A stretch of DNA of 63,093 bases, the filler included, from Aduncisulcus paluster (Eukaryota): NCBI GenBank assembly GCA_024181965.1. It is 4 parts of 4 records of this genome, joined end to end, with 100 filler letters (N's around TTAATTAATTAA, not from the genome) between each part and the next. Parts side by side here need not be neighbours in the genome. Positions count along the whole stretch, not along the records: positions 16,501 to 27,948 come from BQXS01012736.1; positions 28,049 to 52,627 come from BQXS01012737.1; 2 more parts are not named here. The stretch is one strand, 5' to 3'. The notes beneath the pieces were generated by a model. It was not told the DNA's origin. It searched no databases and worked only from the letters and a program-made list of their open reading frames with translations. The position numbers and the translations under genes are program-made. This document shows positions 21,701-32,904 of the stretch, one piece after another. Position 1 is the stretch's first letter, and each line of letters begins with the position of its first letter.

Positions 21701-23910
21701 CATGGTTGTCCATAGTCATTATTGAGGGGACAGAGATTCTTCGTGAGATACACCGGATTGCACCCGGAGGATGAATTGGATGGACACAGCAGAGGAAAGA
21801 TGTCAGAGAGATACTCAATAACATCCCCTGAGCTTTCTTGATGACACAATGAGGTGTATAGGGCATTATCATCGCCAGAGAGTGTCAGATCCTTCAGACC
21901 AGCATTTCTATACAATGTAGAAATATCATACATCTCAGTATTACCCAAAATAGAAAACTGAGAAAGTCGGTGGATTGCAGACAGTGCTGACAGATTTCCA
22001 ATATCTATATCGGTATTTTTGAGACCAATGTTGACCAATTGGGTCAGATTTTCGAGTGGTCTGATGCTGTGAATATCATGGTCGGAGAGGTTCAACCCTT
22101 GGATATTTGTGAGGTATTCGAGACCAACAATGTCCCTGAATTTATAAGGATTGGGAGCGAAATTGAGGAATCCATCAAAGGTAGCCAAGTCAATTTCGTC
22201 AATGTCACATGCATCGTCACGTCCGAGGCTTCGACACAAGTAATACCTCAGATTGATATCAGGGAGGTGTAGTGTAGTCATGGCGGCATCGCCGTTAGAC
22301 CCTTTGAACCATGAACTCTGATACTCACATTGAATTGAATCGTTCGAAACCTTTTTCACAGCAAGTTGATGTGGAGTGTTCTCACACATTCGACACATGT
22401 TTCGCTCAAACTCAATTTCTTCCTTCGGCTTCGACTTCTTTGTACTATATCCTGCAGGAAGGCAAGCAGACTCCTTTTCTGAATAATAATACCCTTTCCA
22501 GCATTCAACAGCCCAACGACCGGGAGCAACCTCACGACAGACCTGGTATCTTGCAGATGATACAGGAGATGAACAGTGACAAGTCTGACCACTGTGAAGA
22601 AACTTCAAAGATTTGCCTTTCTTTCCAGTCGAACTGAATTTGCCATGAAACATCGGCACAAGACCATCAATGTCGCAGATGTTGTTGTTCCTCAAATCCA
22701 AATAAGCGAGTTGGGTTTTGTTGTCACCTAAAAATAGAGGTGACGTGAGAAAATCAGTAATATCCGAGATATTATTGTCGGACAGATCAAGGTGTTCCAA
22801 GCGATAAGGCATGGTCATGTTATCCTTGGATGCAATCGGAGTGAAGTCCAAAACATCTGACATATTCGAAATTCCACAATCTTTGGCAATCAATATTTTG
22901 AGACCGGACTCAAAATTCCAAGGAGAGACATGTTTAGCGAGGAGTTGAATGACATTGAAGTCCCTTTTTTTCAACTTGTAGCCAGTGAGATCTAACTTGA
23001 CCAATCCAGTATTAGATCCTTGCATAAATTCTAAACCACGTAGCGATTCTATTTTTGATACAGAGTGGGTAACAGAACGCAGTGAAAGAGAATTGCATTT
23101 GGTCGCTGTCCGTAAGGAAGCCACAGATAAGATCCCATTGTTCTCCTTTTGGATATTACATGATCTAGAAAGATACGACCGAATGAGATCATCATGAATG
23201 GTGAAACACTGGCCTTGTGGACCTTCTTTCGCAATGTAAGAGCATCTTTTGTGTTCGGGTGCAGGGAACACAGAGATGACCTCATTCAGCGACAAATTCG
23301 GACATTCTTCTCCACTACAAGAAGAAGTTTTCTTGCCCTTTGCATCTATCTTTCTTGGAAGAGAGCAAGAATTTGTCGTCAACGATGAGGTGGAACCAAG
23401 AAGAGGGAAAACCTTCTTAAAATAGACTTCCAGATCCTTGGAACTTTCAGCATGACAAATGGGATTGAGCATATCCTCAGAGCTAAGAGAAAGCTTCTTA
23501 ATCCCAATATTCTGGTATAAAAAGGAGATATCGAACAATAGTTGGTGGCCATAAAGGGATACCTCCTTCAAACGATTAAGACTAAACAATATCCGAAAAT
23601 CACGAATTTGAAGCGGTGATCTTCCAACGCCCAAAGTTAAGGTTGTCAATTGGGGTAATTGCCCAATTTCTTTACAATATTGAGTTTTTAGATCGGTAAA
23701 TTCGAGTCCAGATACAGATATCAAATACTTTATCCCATCAAAAGAATATATCCCCTCGGCTTTGATGATATCTTGTATCTTAATAAGTTGCCTGATAGAA
23801 TATTCACATGGCTTGTCCCTCGAATCAAAAAGGGATTTTGAAGCTTTACAAATAGCAAGTTTAAGTTTGGGATCGCCTATTTCTTCTTGGAGGCCAATTT
23901 CTCCACTCAT
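18635..23910 (-). CDS. Giant LRR / Cys-rich / EGF-like single-pass membrane protein (~1668 aa after removing the assembly duplicate)
   Basis: Repeated LxxLDLSxNxIxD(I/V) LRR blocks end in Cys caps (QTCHC..CREV.P..WAVECW.GYY). There are EGF-like modules and a TM helix IILAIFVCIMVFLIMIVLICF. Removing the 269-nt duplicate plus gap at 20149-20417 joins the two ORFs in frame. Confidence 0.85.
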
Positions 23911-25039
23911 ATATGTAATAAATTATTTAATATTGTTACCAAGAAAAGATCTAATAAACGAGCCTCGTTCTGAGAACGTGCCACGGAGTGATACCTCAGT
24001 GAGTATCTACTTTAAGAAGAAAAACCAAAAAGTATTTATAAATTTGCAATATTGTTATTTGAGTATAATTATTTTGTGATTTTCTTTGTAAAATGAAATC
24101 GGATGAAGTCCCGGACTGGAGTGCCTCCAAATTGTCAAGCTAAATCTTTGGAATTTTTAACAACAATAATATTATTTGCAAATAATTATTTTGGGATTTT
24201 CTTTTTTGTTGTGAAATATCTTGATAATTTCATTGATAAAGTCTGGGATGAGTCAAAGTTGTCACTCGAGAAATAGATCATATCCAAATAGACCAAAATC
24301 TAAAACACAAAATATAATGTCAAAATATCCGATTATCATTCAAAGAAACTGCTTTAAGCATTAGAAAGGACGCGACTGAACATGTTCAACATAGAAGTTC
24401 TAGTAGAAACCGCTATAGAACATAAAATCACCATCCACGGATGTTAATTGGATTATATCATTTTGGTCTTCCCATCTACAAGATTTTAACTATCAGAATA
24501 TCTATCTATGAGTGTGGAGATCTATCGATAAATATTCCTTTCAAGTTATCGGTATTTTGTACACCATCGGCTAACTATGAATTTTGGGATTCTAATGATT
24601 AAAGATTGAATGAGTAAATCAATAGATGCAGAAGGAAATATTCAAATCAAGCACGAAACGCAAAATTTGTACTACAAATAGTATTTCCCAATGTTACATT
24701 GGCAATGTAGAAGAAACAAAAATTTAGCGAGAACCTGGTACGTCCTAGAAACCGTGGTATTGGTTCATCATGAACGTATGATCCGGACTTTTGCAAAAAG
24801 TGACCCTTTTTCTGTCCTTTTAAACGCTTTATTCTTCTCCTAGCGGAGTTTGGAAGATAGTTGGACACATAGGTGTAGGCGACGTAAGAAAAAGGCTCAT
24901 AAACTCGGAGAACGGTATGAGAAGAGCATGAGCAGCTGATCTATAGAGACTATAGATGAAGTCGGAAGTCACCAAATAAAACCTTAAATCTGCCCACTAT
25001 CTATATACCAAACCACGCCTACGAGACACACACGAACAG

Positions 25040-25374
25040 TGAGTAAAAGGAAATAGGAAACGGTGGTCGTAGATAGTTTCTGAAGTGGCACGGCCACTGC
25101 AGCGGAGCTCATAAGATTGACGATTCAAAGCATTGCCAAAAGCAAGGGAGCGAGCAAGCACTACCTTGAGTTCCTATATGCAGCGAGATGAATGATGACG
25201 TTGAACCAAGACAAGAAATTCTTGGAAAGATTCACCAATAACACCTGTTGAAGAAAAGATCATGGGATAAAAGTCGAACGAGTAGCGAGGGTTAATCTCA
25301 CTACCAGGAGGAGGATTAGGTGCGTAACTACTACGCTTTTGTGACTCCCTGTTCAACTTCAAGTTGCCTATCTG
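25040..25374 (-). mobile_element. 5'-truncated relic of a CRE-like (restriction-like endonuclease, RLE) non-LTR retrotransposon
   Basis: Translates RESQKRSSY...FDFYPMIFSSTGVIGESFQEFL...I*ELKVVLARSLAFGNA. This matches the RLE C-terminal pattern E..K...Y / F.P....G..G / ..L.RGNA, with an internal TAG at 25174-25176. Confidence 0.6.
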
Positions 25375-26162
25375 AAGGATAGAAATGAAATGGAAATATA
25401 TCCATGTTATTGAATAGCATTGAAATCGTTCATAAATGTTCTTAACACGTGAAATGGAACTATATCCAATCCTGAGGGTTCTCCAAAAGCCTGAGATATC
25501 GAGAATAAACACCATGGCATGGAAATGAAAATAAAACATGTTTTTATCATTTACCAGCATTTAACTCGTCTATATGTGTTTTTTTAAATTTCAAATCTTA
25601 TCTATTGAAGGGTTGCTTGTTCAGTCCTCCATTTTTTCTCGTCGTACAAGCAAATTGTATGTTTACTATATGTCACANNNNNNNNNNNNNNNNNNNNTCG
25701 TTCATAAATGTTCTTAACACGTGAAATGGAACTATATCCAATCCTGAGGGTTCTCCAAAAGCCTGAGATATCGAGAATAAACACCATGGCATGGAAATGA
25801 AAATAAAACATGTTTTTATCATTTACCAGCATTTAACTCGTCTATATGTGTTTTTTTAAATTTCAAATCTTATCTATTGAAGGGTTGCTTGTTCAGTCCT
25901 CCATTTTTTCTCGTCGTACAAGCAAATTGTATGTTTACTATATGTCACATCTTTTATTAGATGTATATTAAGAAATATTTCAATTGAATTAATTCAATTA
26001 TACTAACTATATTGCGCTGTGTGGTCGTTTCTTTTTCGTTGATCTTTTGTCTTTGTTTCTCGGACTGTTCTCCTTGAAATTCGCATTCATTCCGTTTGTT
26101 CACAAATACTATTATTATTCTGCTTGTTTTTATTTTTTAGATAAGAAATTCTATCTATTCAA

Positions 26163-27275
26163 ATGAGTTCATCCACAGATGCTGTTATTCAAACTGTGGA
26201 ACCTGAGTTTGTTCATACAGGAGATGAGTGGTGCTGTCCAATTCCTGGAGATGCCCCCAATATTAAGAGTGCAGAGCTTCCAATAGATCTAACTATCAAA
26301 GCAATAGATAGAACCAAGAAAAAGGTGAGTTATTTATATGATCAGAGTTCTAATGCACAAAAGATGATGAAAGGAGAGTATAATGGTGGATGGTTTACCC
26401 ATATCTCCATTCCTTTCTCTTCATCTTCCCCAATGAAAGGGGCTTTTATATGTCTGAATAGTAGTTTGATAGGCACTCCATCACATCTTATCTTCACTCT
26501 CACATCTTTAAAGGGTGAGGAAACAGCCAAGAAATACGAATTTCCTGATTTTTCTGGAGAAGATTGGTATTTTCTTCCTGTTGATCTCCCTGATGTTGTT
26601 CTGTGTGAGATTACAGGGAAAGGAAGAGAGGAAGAGTATTTTGGAATCCTCTCCCTTGTTTTCATTAGTAGAGAAGAAACCCCTGACGAAATCAAATCTC
26701 GTGAAGCCAGAGAGAAACTATGGTCTGAAGCTCCTGTTGTGAAAGCAGAGTTTGTAAAGAAAGGAGATTATAAATCTCATGGTAGAGATTCTATTCCCAT
26801 TACACGTGATGATCCCAAGCTTGTCGATCCTTTATTCTCATTAGTCACGTGCAAGAAAGATTCGGTGAGTAAGGAATCTGAGGAGTATGATCAGAGTTTA
26901 CGAGCACAAAGAATGTTAAAAGGAGAATGTGGTCTATGGTTATCCCATCTTTCCATCCCTTTCCCATCACCTAGTCCTATGAAAGGTGCTTATATCTGTG
27001 TGCAGAAGGATAATTGTTCACCCTCTCTTCTCTTCACTTTCACTGATTGTGATGGTAAGAAGACATCCAAGAAGTATGAATTTACAAGACCTAAACATTG
27101 GAATGAATGGCACTTCCTTCCTATTGATTTGATGAATGTTGTATTGTGTGAGATTGAAGGGAAAGGAACGTGGTATGATAAGAATTCTCGAAATTTCTGG
27201 ATCAACAGCCTTGTATTTACTATGCCCGAGGAAACCATTGCAGCTGAACGATTATCTCTACTTCCATGGAAATAA
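26163..27275 (+). CDS. Lineage-specific protein with two tandem ~180-aa beta-rich domains
   Basis: Intact 370-aa ORF. The internal repeat is HISIPFxSxSPMKGAxIC..LxFTxT..GK.TxKKYEF....W.FLPxDL.xVVLCEIxGKG. Paralogues lie at 16728 and 59893-62482. Confidence 0.9.
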   Translation: MSSSTDAVIQTVEPEFVHTGDEWCCPIPGDAPNIKSAELPIDLTIKAIDRTKKKVSYLYDQSSNAQKMMKGEYNGGWFTHISIPFSSSSPMKGAFICLNSSLIGTPSHLIFTLTSLKGEETAKKYEFPDFSGEDWYFLPVDLPDVVLCEITGKGREEEYFGILSLVFISREETPDEIKSREAREKLWSEAPVVKAEFVKKGDYKSHGRDSIPITRDDPKLVDPLFSLVTCKKDSVSKESEEYDQSLRAQRMLKGECGLWLSHLSIPFPSPSPMKGAYICVQKDNCSPSLLFTFTDCDGKKTSKKYEFTRPKHWNEWHFLPIDLMNVVLCEIEGKGTWYDKNSRNFWINSLVFTMPEETIAAERLSLLPWK

Positions 27276-27562
27276 TTCAAGAAATGGTGTGAAATACTAA
27301 TATTGTATGGAGAATAAAAAAATTTTTTTTAAAAAATAAAAAGCACCTGTTTTTATTTCCGGGGTCTTTATTCTAGATTGTTGGGCAAAATCCCTATGTC
27401 ATAGGGCCTATGAGTTGGAAACGGAAGTCGAATGCAATGCAATGCATTCAATGTATTGTCCCGGAAAGAGATTCACAAACGGGGTTTGAGAACTTTGATT
27501 TCTGAGCAAGAGAAAATGAATCTAAAAACCAATAAAATCAATTCGTTTGTTCTTTTCAGGCG

Positions 27563-27759
27563 TTATTTCTTGATTCCTAATAATTCAACATCAAATATGA
27601 GGGTGGAATCAGGTGGAATAGAATCGCCAGCTCCACGGGCACCATAACCATAATCAGGATCGATTTGATTACAATCGTGGCTCTTTCACCAACACTTAAT
27701 GTAAGAAAGGCTTCATCCCAAACACTGATAACCATACCCATTCCAACTGCAAATTCAAA
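27563..27759 (-). pseudogene. FKBP-type peptidyl-prolyl isomerase relic (C-terminal half)
   Basis: [31 protein letters not shown] / [33 protein letters not shown] 5-nt insertion (AAATC) shifts the frame, and the N-terminal half is not recognisable. Confidence 0.8.
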
Positions 27760-27948
27760 AAGCTACGATATCACTTTCCATGATTGTCACATTGTCAATC
27801 TGGGGTGAAATAGCACAAAGATCAGTATTAAATGTATCAGATGATCAGGATCTGGCATTGGAGTGTTGGACTGGTCATCAGTCGCTGGGGGGAAAATAAT
27901 GGATTTTTCGGTGGTGTGAAAGGATTTGGGTGGAATGAAATGTCATGT

Positions 27949-28048
27949 NNNNNNNNNNNNNNNNNNNNNNNNNNNNNNNNNNNNNNNNNNNNTTAATTAA
28001 TTAANNNNNNNNNNNNNNNNNNNNNNNNNNNNNNNNNNNNNNNNNNNN
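27949..28048. other. Artificial contig linker
   Basis: N + TTAATTAATTAA + N, 100 nt. Confidence 0.97.
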
Positions 28049-29349
28049 GGTACAGTTTGACAGATCATGGAACACTCCGTCTCGGTTAATGGAGTCATTC
28101 CGCCATCGAAAAGCTGGAATATAACTTCACACAACTCTTTCTCAGTCACATCTCCACTCTCATCCGTGTCAAAGTCCTCAAATACACAACCGACACTGGC
28201 TCGTTGCATTCTGGTCAGGAACCACTGACGTGAGGGAGCATCGTAAGAGACGAACGAGGAAGGTGGGACATGGGATAATATAGACAGAGTCCTTTTGAGC
28301 ATAGGAGAGGAGAGAGACAGGTCTTCAGAGTAACTTTCCTCTTCTTCTTCTTCCTCTTCATTCCCATCTTCTCCTTCCTCATCTTCTCCTTCCTCCTCTT
28401 CTTTCCTCAAAGCTTTCTTGGCTGCTGCAATGGCTTTCTTCCTCTTAACCTTACTGGACTGATACAAACGATCACCAGAAATACCGTAGATTCCCTCACT
28501 TTCCCTGGGTAAGTTCTCTCCTTCAACAGGCACAACAATGGGCCAATCGGTCGAATGTTTGAGACGGAAACAGTGGAAGAAAAGAGCAATGCCGGCGACT
28601 GTGCTCCAGCAAGAGGAGAAATGACGTCTAGGGACAACAACATGAGAGAGAATCTGCTTGGAGGAGTCACATGAAAATCCCTTGGAGTGTTGCTGGAATT
28701 GATCAAGCATTTCTTGAGCAACAGTGGCGACTCCAAAGAGACCACGAATTGCACATCCGTCAGTGTCGAGAGGGAATAATTTGTTGTCGGGAGTCGATTC
28801 TGTCTCAACAAGATCCAGTATTTTGGCGTCAATGTCAGATGATTTGGAAACACATACCATCTGCATTCCGAGTTTTTTACAGATACTCAGTTTCTTCAAA
28901 ATGAACAAAGAAGCCAAATCTTCTTGAGAGGTAACGATTATAGCATTAAGTTTGAGAAACTCGCACAAAAAGGTCAACTCAGAAAGGAAATGAACAACAC
29001 TAAAACCCTTGAGAGAGGCTGGGATAACAACAGTCCGATAAGTCTTCATGGCCTCCTCCATTTTTGAGAAAGGGATATCAGCATGTTCTTTTATACTTCC
29101 AATAATCATGGAAATATAAGCACGAATGGCAGAATCACCAAATCTCTGCAGATTCTCATGTTTGATCATTAAATAGGGATCAACTTCTTGTTGAAGAAGT
29201 TCATAATCAAAGAAAGGAGTTTTGGTGATTTTCAAGATGGAGAGAAGTCTGGAATATTCAGAGACAGCTTCAAGAAATTTTTCATGGTCCAAACTCTTGA
29301 GATCAACTCCATCTACAATCAAATTGGTTGTTATTGTTGTCTGATTCAT
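28049..29349 (-). CDS. Threonine dehydratase/serine racemase-like (PLP fold II) protein lacking the catalytic Lys (3' truncated)
   Basis: ITKTPFFDYELLQQEVDPYLMIKHENLQRFGDSAIRA resembles the family pattern TPL....LK.ENLQ.TGSFKxRG. Also present are GVATVAQEMLDQ, VVVP....VAGIA and PIVVPVE. Confidence 0.6.
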
Positions 29350-29534
29350 CAAAAATTAGACAAGACAAGAAGGATATGTCGAGAAAAATGTCAATTCATT
29401 TCTTGAAACATGAAAATAAATTAGTTCGGCTGCAAAACGAGCATAATTTTATTATATTGCACATATTATCTCAAAATTCTTCATTCCTATATTATTATTT
29501 TCAAAAAGAAAAGATTTGAAAGTTTTGGTTGATT

Positions 29535-30227
29535 ATGTCCTTTTCTATTTATCAAAGTATCGAAAAGGTAACAAGTTTGCCTGAAAAAAAGTTAACTCCC
29601 AACAATGTCCTCGAATATTTTGCATCCTCGCCATTTTACGATCGAGATTGTTGTAATTCAGCTGCTATGCGGTTATTGAGGGGCAGACCAGAAGATATAG
29701 CACGTGATTTAGTTCATTATAAAGGAATTCAATATATTTGTGAAGATTTTAGCGACGATAAGACGTTATTTTTCGTTATCAAGAAATTGAATCGTACAAG
29801 AGCTGGAGAAGCTGATTATAGTATAGAAGATGTATTTTTTGTTGTAAATNNNNNNNNNNNNNNNNNNNNAAAAAAGTTAACTCCCAACAATGTCCTCGAA
29901 TATTTTGCATCCTCGCCATTTTACGATCGAGATTGTTGTAATTCAGCTGCTATGCGGTTATTGAGGGGCAGACCAGAAGATATAGCACGTGATTTAGTTC
30001 ATTATAAAGGAATTCAATATATTTGTGAAGATTTTAGCGACGATAAGACGTTATTTTTCGTTATCAAGAAATTGAATCGTACAAGAGCTGGAGAAGCTGA
30101 TTATAGTATAGAAGATGTATTTTTTGTTGTAAATCATTTCATATTTCGTCCTGGTACCGTTGAAGAAATTTTAATGAAAAGTATTGGCGCTATCTCGAAA
30201 TCTCTCGATAAATGTTTGCTTGAATGA
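29535..30227 (+). CDS. MED6: Mediator subunit Med6 (~135 aa after removing the 285-nt assembly duplicate)
   Basis: LTPNNVLEYFASSPFYDRDCCN, KGIQY and LFFVIKKLNR match Med6. The apparent internal repeat flanks the N gap at 29850-29869. Confidence 0.8.
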   Translation: MSFSIYQSIEKVTSLPEKKLTPNNVLEYFASSPFYDRDCCNSAAMRLLRGRPEDIARDLVHYKGIQYICEDFSDDKTLFFVIKKLNRTRAGEADYSIEDVFFVVNXXXXXXXKKLTPNNVLEYFASSPFYDRDCCNSAAMRLLRGRPEDIARDLVHYKGIQYICEDFSDDKTLFFVIKKLNRTRAGEADYSIEDVFFVVNHFIFRPGTVEEILMKSIGAISKSLDKCLLE

Positions 30228-30683
30228 ACAAATGCCCACCCATAGTTTTATAAAATGGGCTTATATGTTAAATTTATTACTTAATATCTATCAATTCATA
30301 TCTATTTCTATCTGATGCATATAATATATGGCCATATAGATCTATCAATGTAAAACCCAATTTATTTTCAAAAATTAATTAATTATTCTTCTTCGCCCCT
30401 TTGTCAAGCGTCGTAACTTCTCTGTTTCGAAAATCCACTCAATATCTCATCAAAGAAATCTTCTCTACAAAGAATGATCTCTTCTCTCTCATGGAGCGAA
30501 GACTATTAGATATAAAAATTATTATAAACCTTGATTATAAACCAATTAATAATAAAATAATAAAATAATAATAATATAATAAAATAAAATATTATAAATC
30601 TTTAAATCTAAAAATAGATATCTATAAATATAACATGGGATTGATTCTTATTTCTCAAAAATCCCCCCCACGCATGTCTATAT

Positions 30684-32589
30684 TTATCCTTCCTTTCTTG
30701 ACCCTTGACACATTAATTTAAGAGCGTCCCCCAGCCCTTTCGCAATTTGAACATTTAAAGCCAACATGTCACATATCTCTTCGATAAATGAAGCATCTTT
30801 CGATCCAACGTATTTTTTGCAGCCCAAGTCCTTACTTCCGACCAATATATAATCTTCAATGGATGACAATGATATTGACGTTCTTCCGCTATCAACGGGC
30901 AAAGAAGCGAACACGTCTTCTCTCTCTTTCCTCACGATCTTACACAATGTCGTGAACAGACTCTGATTAAGCCCCACACATAGATTCAAAGCATCTTTAT
31001 CACTCTCAACACACACATCATTATATAGATTGATCTCTCCTTTCGTAGGGGAACGAGATAATAAATTACGGAAATGGGAAGACGTTTGAGTAGACACAAA
31101 CACATCTTTATCAACTTCAACAAATAAACTATTACGTTTGGAAGTACTTTGTCCGAGTTGATCACCATCGGCATCCCCTGGTCCTTGGAATATCGATGAG
31201 GCTGTCGTAACACTACGTTCACCTTCTAACCATTTAGAGCTTGACCCATCCCAAGAAATAGGAATAATAACGTCAACAAACTGAGAACAATCAGCTGGCA
31301 TATGTTCTGAGGTACAGAATAACACACCGTGTAATATATATTCACCTTTCATAGTGCTTAACCCACCAAATGAGTGTAAGGATGATCCTGAATAAGAGGA
31401 AGAGGAAGGAAGAAGAAGAAGAAGAAGAAGAAGAGGAAGAGGAAGAGGAAGAGAGAGAAGGTCTGGAATGCGATGAAACCAAGGTGGGAGATGATATCCT
31501 TACTTTGGCATCCAATCTACGATCTAGACCCGGAGATAGAGAAGTAGTTCCATAAGAAAAGCTCCCATCTTCAGCCACATCAATCTCCTCTCCCAACAGA
31601 CTATCCTTATCGGTAACAGTCACCATCTTACGTTTAGAAACATGGGCTCTACTAGATGAATGATGCTTCACTCTTGGTCTCGAATGACCATGAGAACCAG
31701 AGGCTGCAGCAGTTGATGAACGTGTGACAATATGTTTCCTAAGAGATCCAAGAGAAGAGAGACTTAATCCACGTCGTTTCACACGAACCCTGCCGCCCAC
31801 AACCCCAGGAACTGGAGGTTGTTCGCGAAGCTGTGAAACATACCGTGCAAGAGAAACATGACCACCAAAGAGGGATAACATCTCGGGATCAGTACTAAGG
31901 CTTCCTATTTGGGCTAAAAGAGCTGAAGATGAACATAGAGAACCAACCGATCGGGCACCAGTGGCGACTAAACATACAGTATGCCGGAGCATGAGAGCTC
32001 TTCGAATTGCTGCAAATTTATGAACTCCAAGGGCTCTACATAGAGTCGCCATTTTATGAGTCATTGAATACGGCCGAGAAGGCTCGGCTTTTACAAGTGA
32101 ACCTGGTAATCCAGTAAAACGCTTAACAAATGCTTCGGTTAATTTAAATTCTCTCTCTATTCGAGGAACATCAGATTTTTTCTTTAATTTTGAACGTTCT
32201 AAATTCCATTTTGAATGTAATTCATTGGCGAGTTTGGCTATTGAAAAAAAAGTATTATGAAGAGATCCTGATGGATCGATAGGACCTTCTAATATGGCTC
32301 CACATGCTCTTAAAATTGCTGATCTTTCTTCATTTACATCAGGTAAGGCGTGAAAGGACGAAACACCGAACTTTCCACCATAAGTAAAAACAACAAAATC
32401 TTTCGTAGTTCTATGCATTTGTCCGGTAAGAGCTTCCCATATTATATCTGAATCCAACGGCCCGGCCGATAATTCAAGGGTGGGACCGTTTTTAGGATGA
32501 AAATAGACCAAAAAGACGGAAATAACTTTACCATCAAGGGGCAAGGTAACTGCTGTTTTTTTGATCTCGGAACTATCTTGACCAGTCAT
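30684..32589 (-). CDS. DENND11/LCHN-like DENN-domain protein (1-nt frameshift in a poly-Ser tract near 31408)
   Basis: VISVFLVYFHPKNGPTLE..MHRTTKDFVVF..GVSSF..EERSAILRACGAIL matches the DENND11/Anr2 N-terminus. Shifting frame in the TCT/TCC tract continues as SSSSYSGSSLHSFGGLSTMKGEY into ORF 30684-31352. Confidence 0.65.
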
Positions 32590-32904
32590 TACTTTTGCCA
32601 AAAACGGCCTTGAATGATCAAAACGCCCTGAACTCAATATTAATAATATAATCAACAATACAATAACGAAAATATAATAAAAATATAACAAAGAAGTTTT
32701 ATTATTCCCTTTTAAAATATTATTATATGTTTATTGGCCCCTAATGCCGAAGTATTCGAAGCGGAAAAAAACGATAAAATACCGGTACAAATTGATTTTT
32801 TTCCTTCTCATTTTGGGGGCGAGATAATCGAAAATACCACCAAATCTCATAAATAAAGATATAATACCGATAAATAATCCTGAAGTACGTGATATACCTC
32901 ATAC

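Noticed and set aside
25427..25948. Tandem duplicate upstream of the family gene and the twin MLVNDKN ORFs
   Set aside because: Assembly overlap around the gap at 25678-25697. The ORF N-termini are non-coding sequence.
29585..30134. Apparent double-domain Med6
   Set aside because: Assembly overlap around the gap at 29850-29869.
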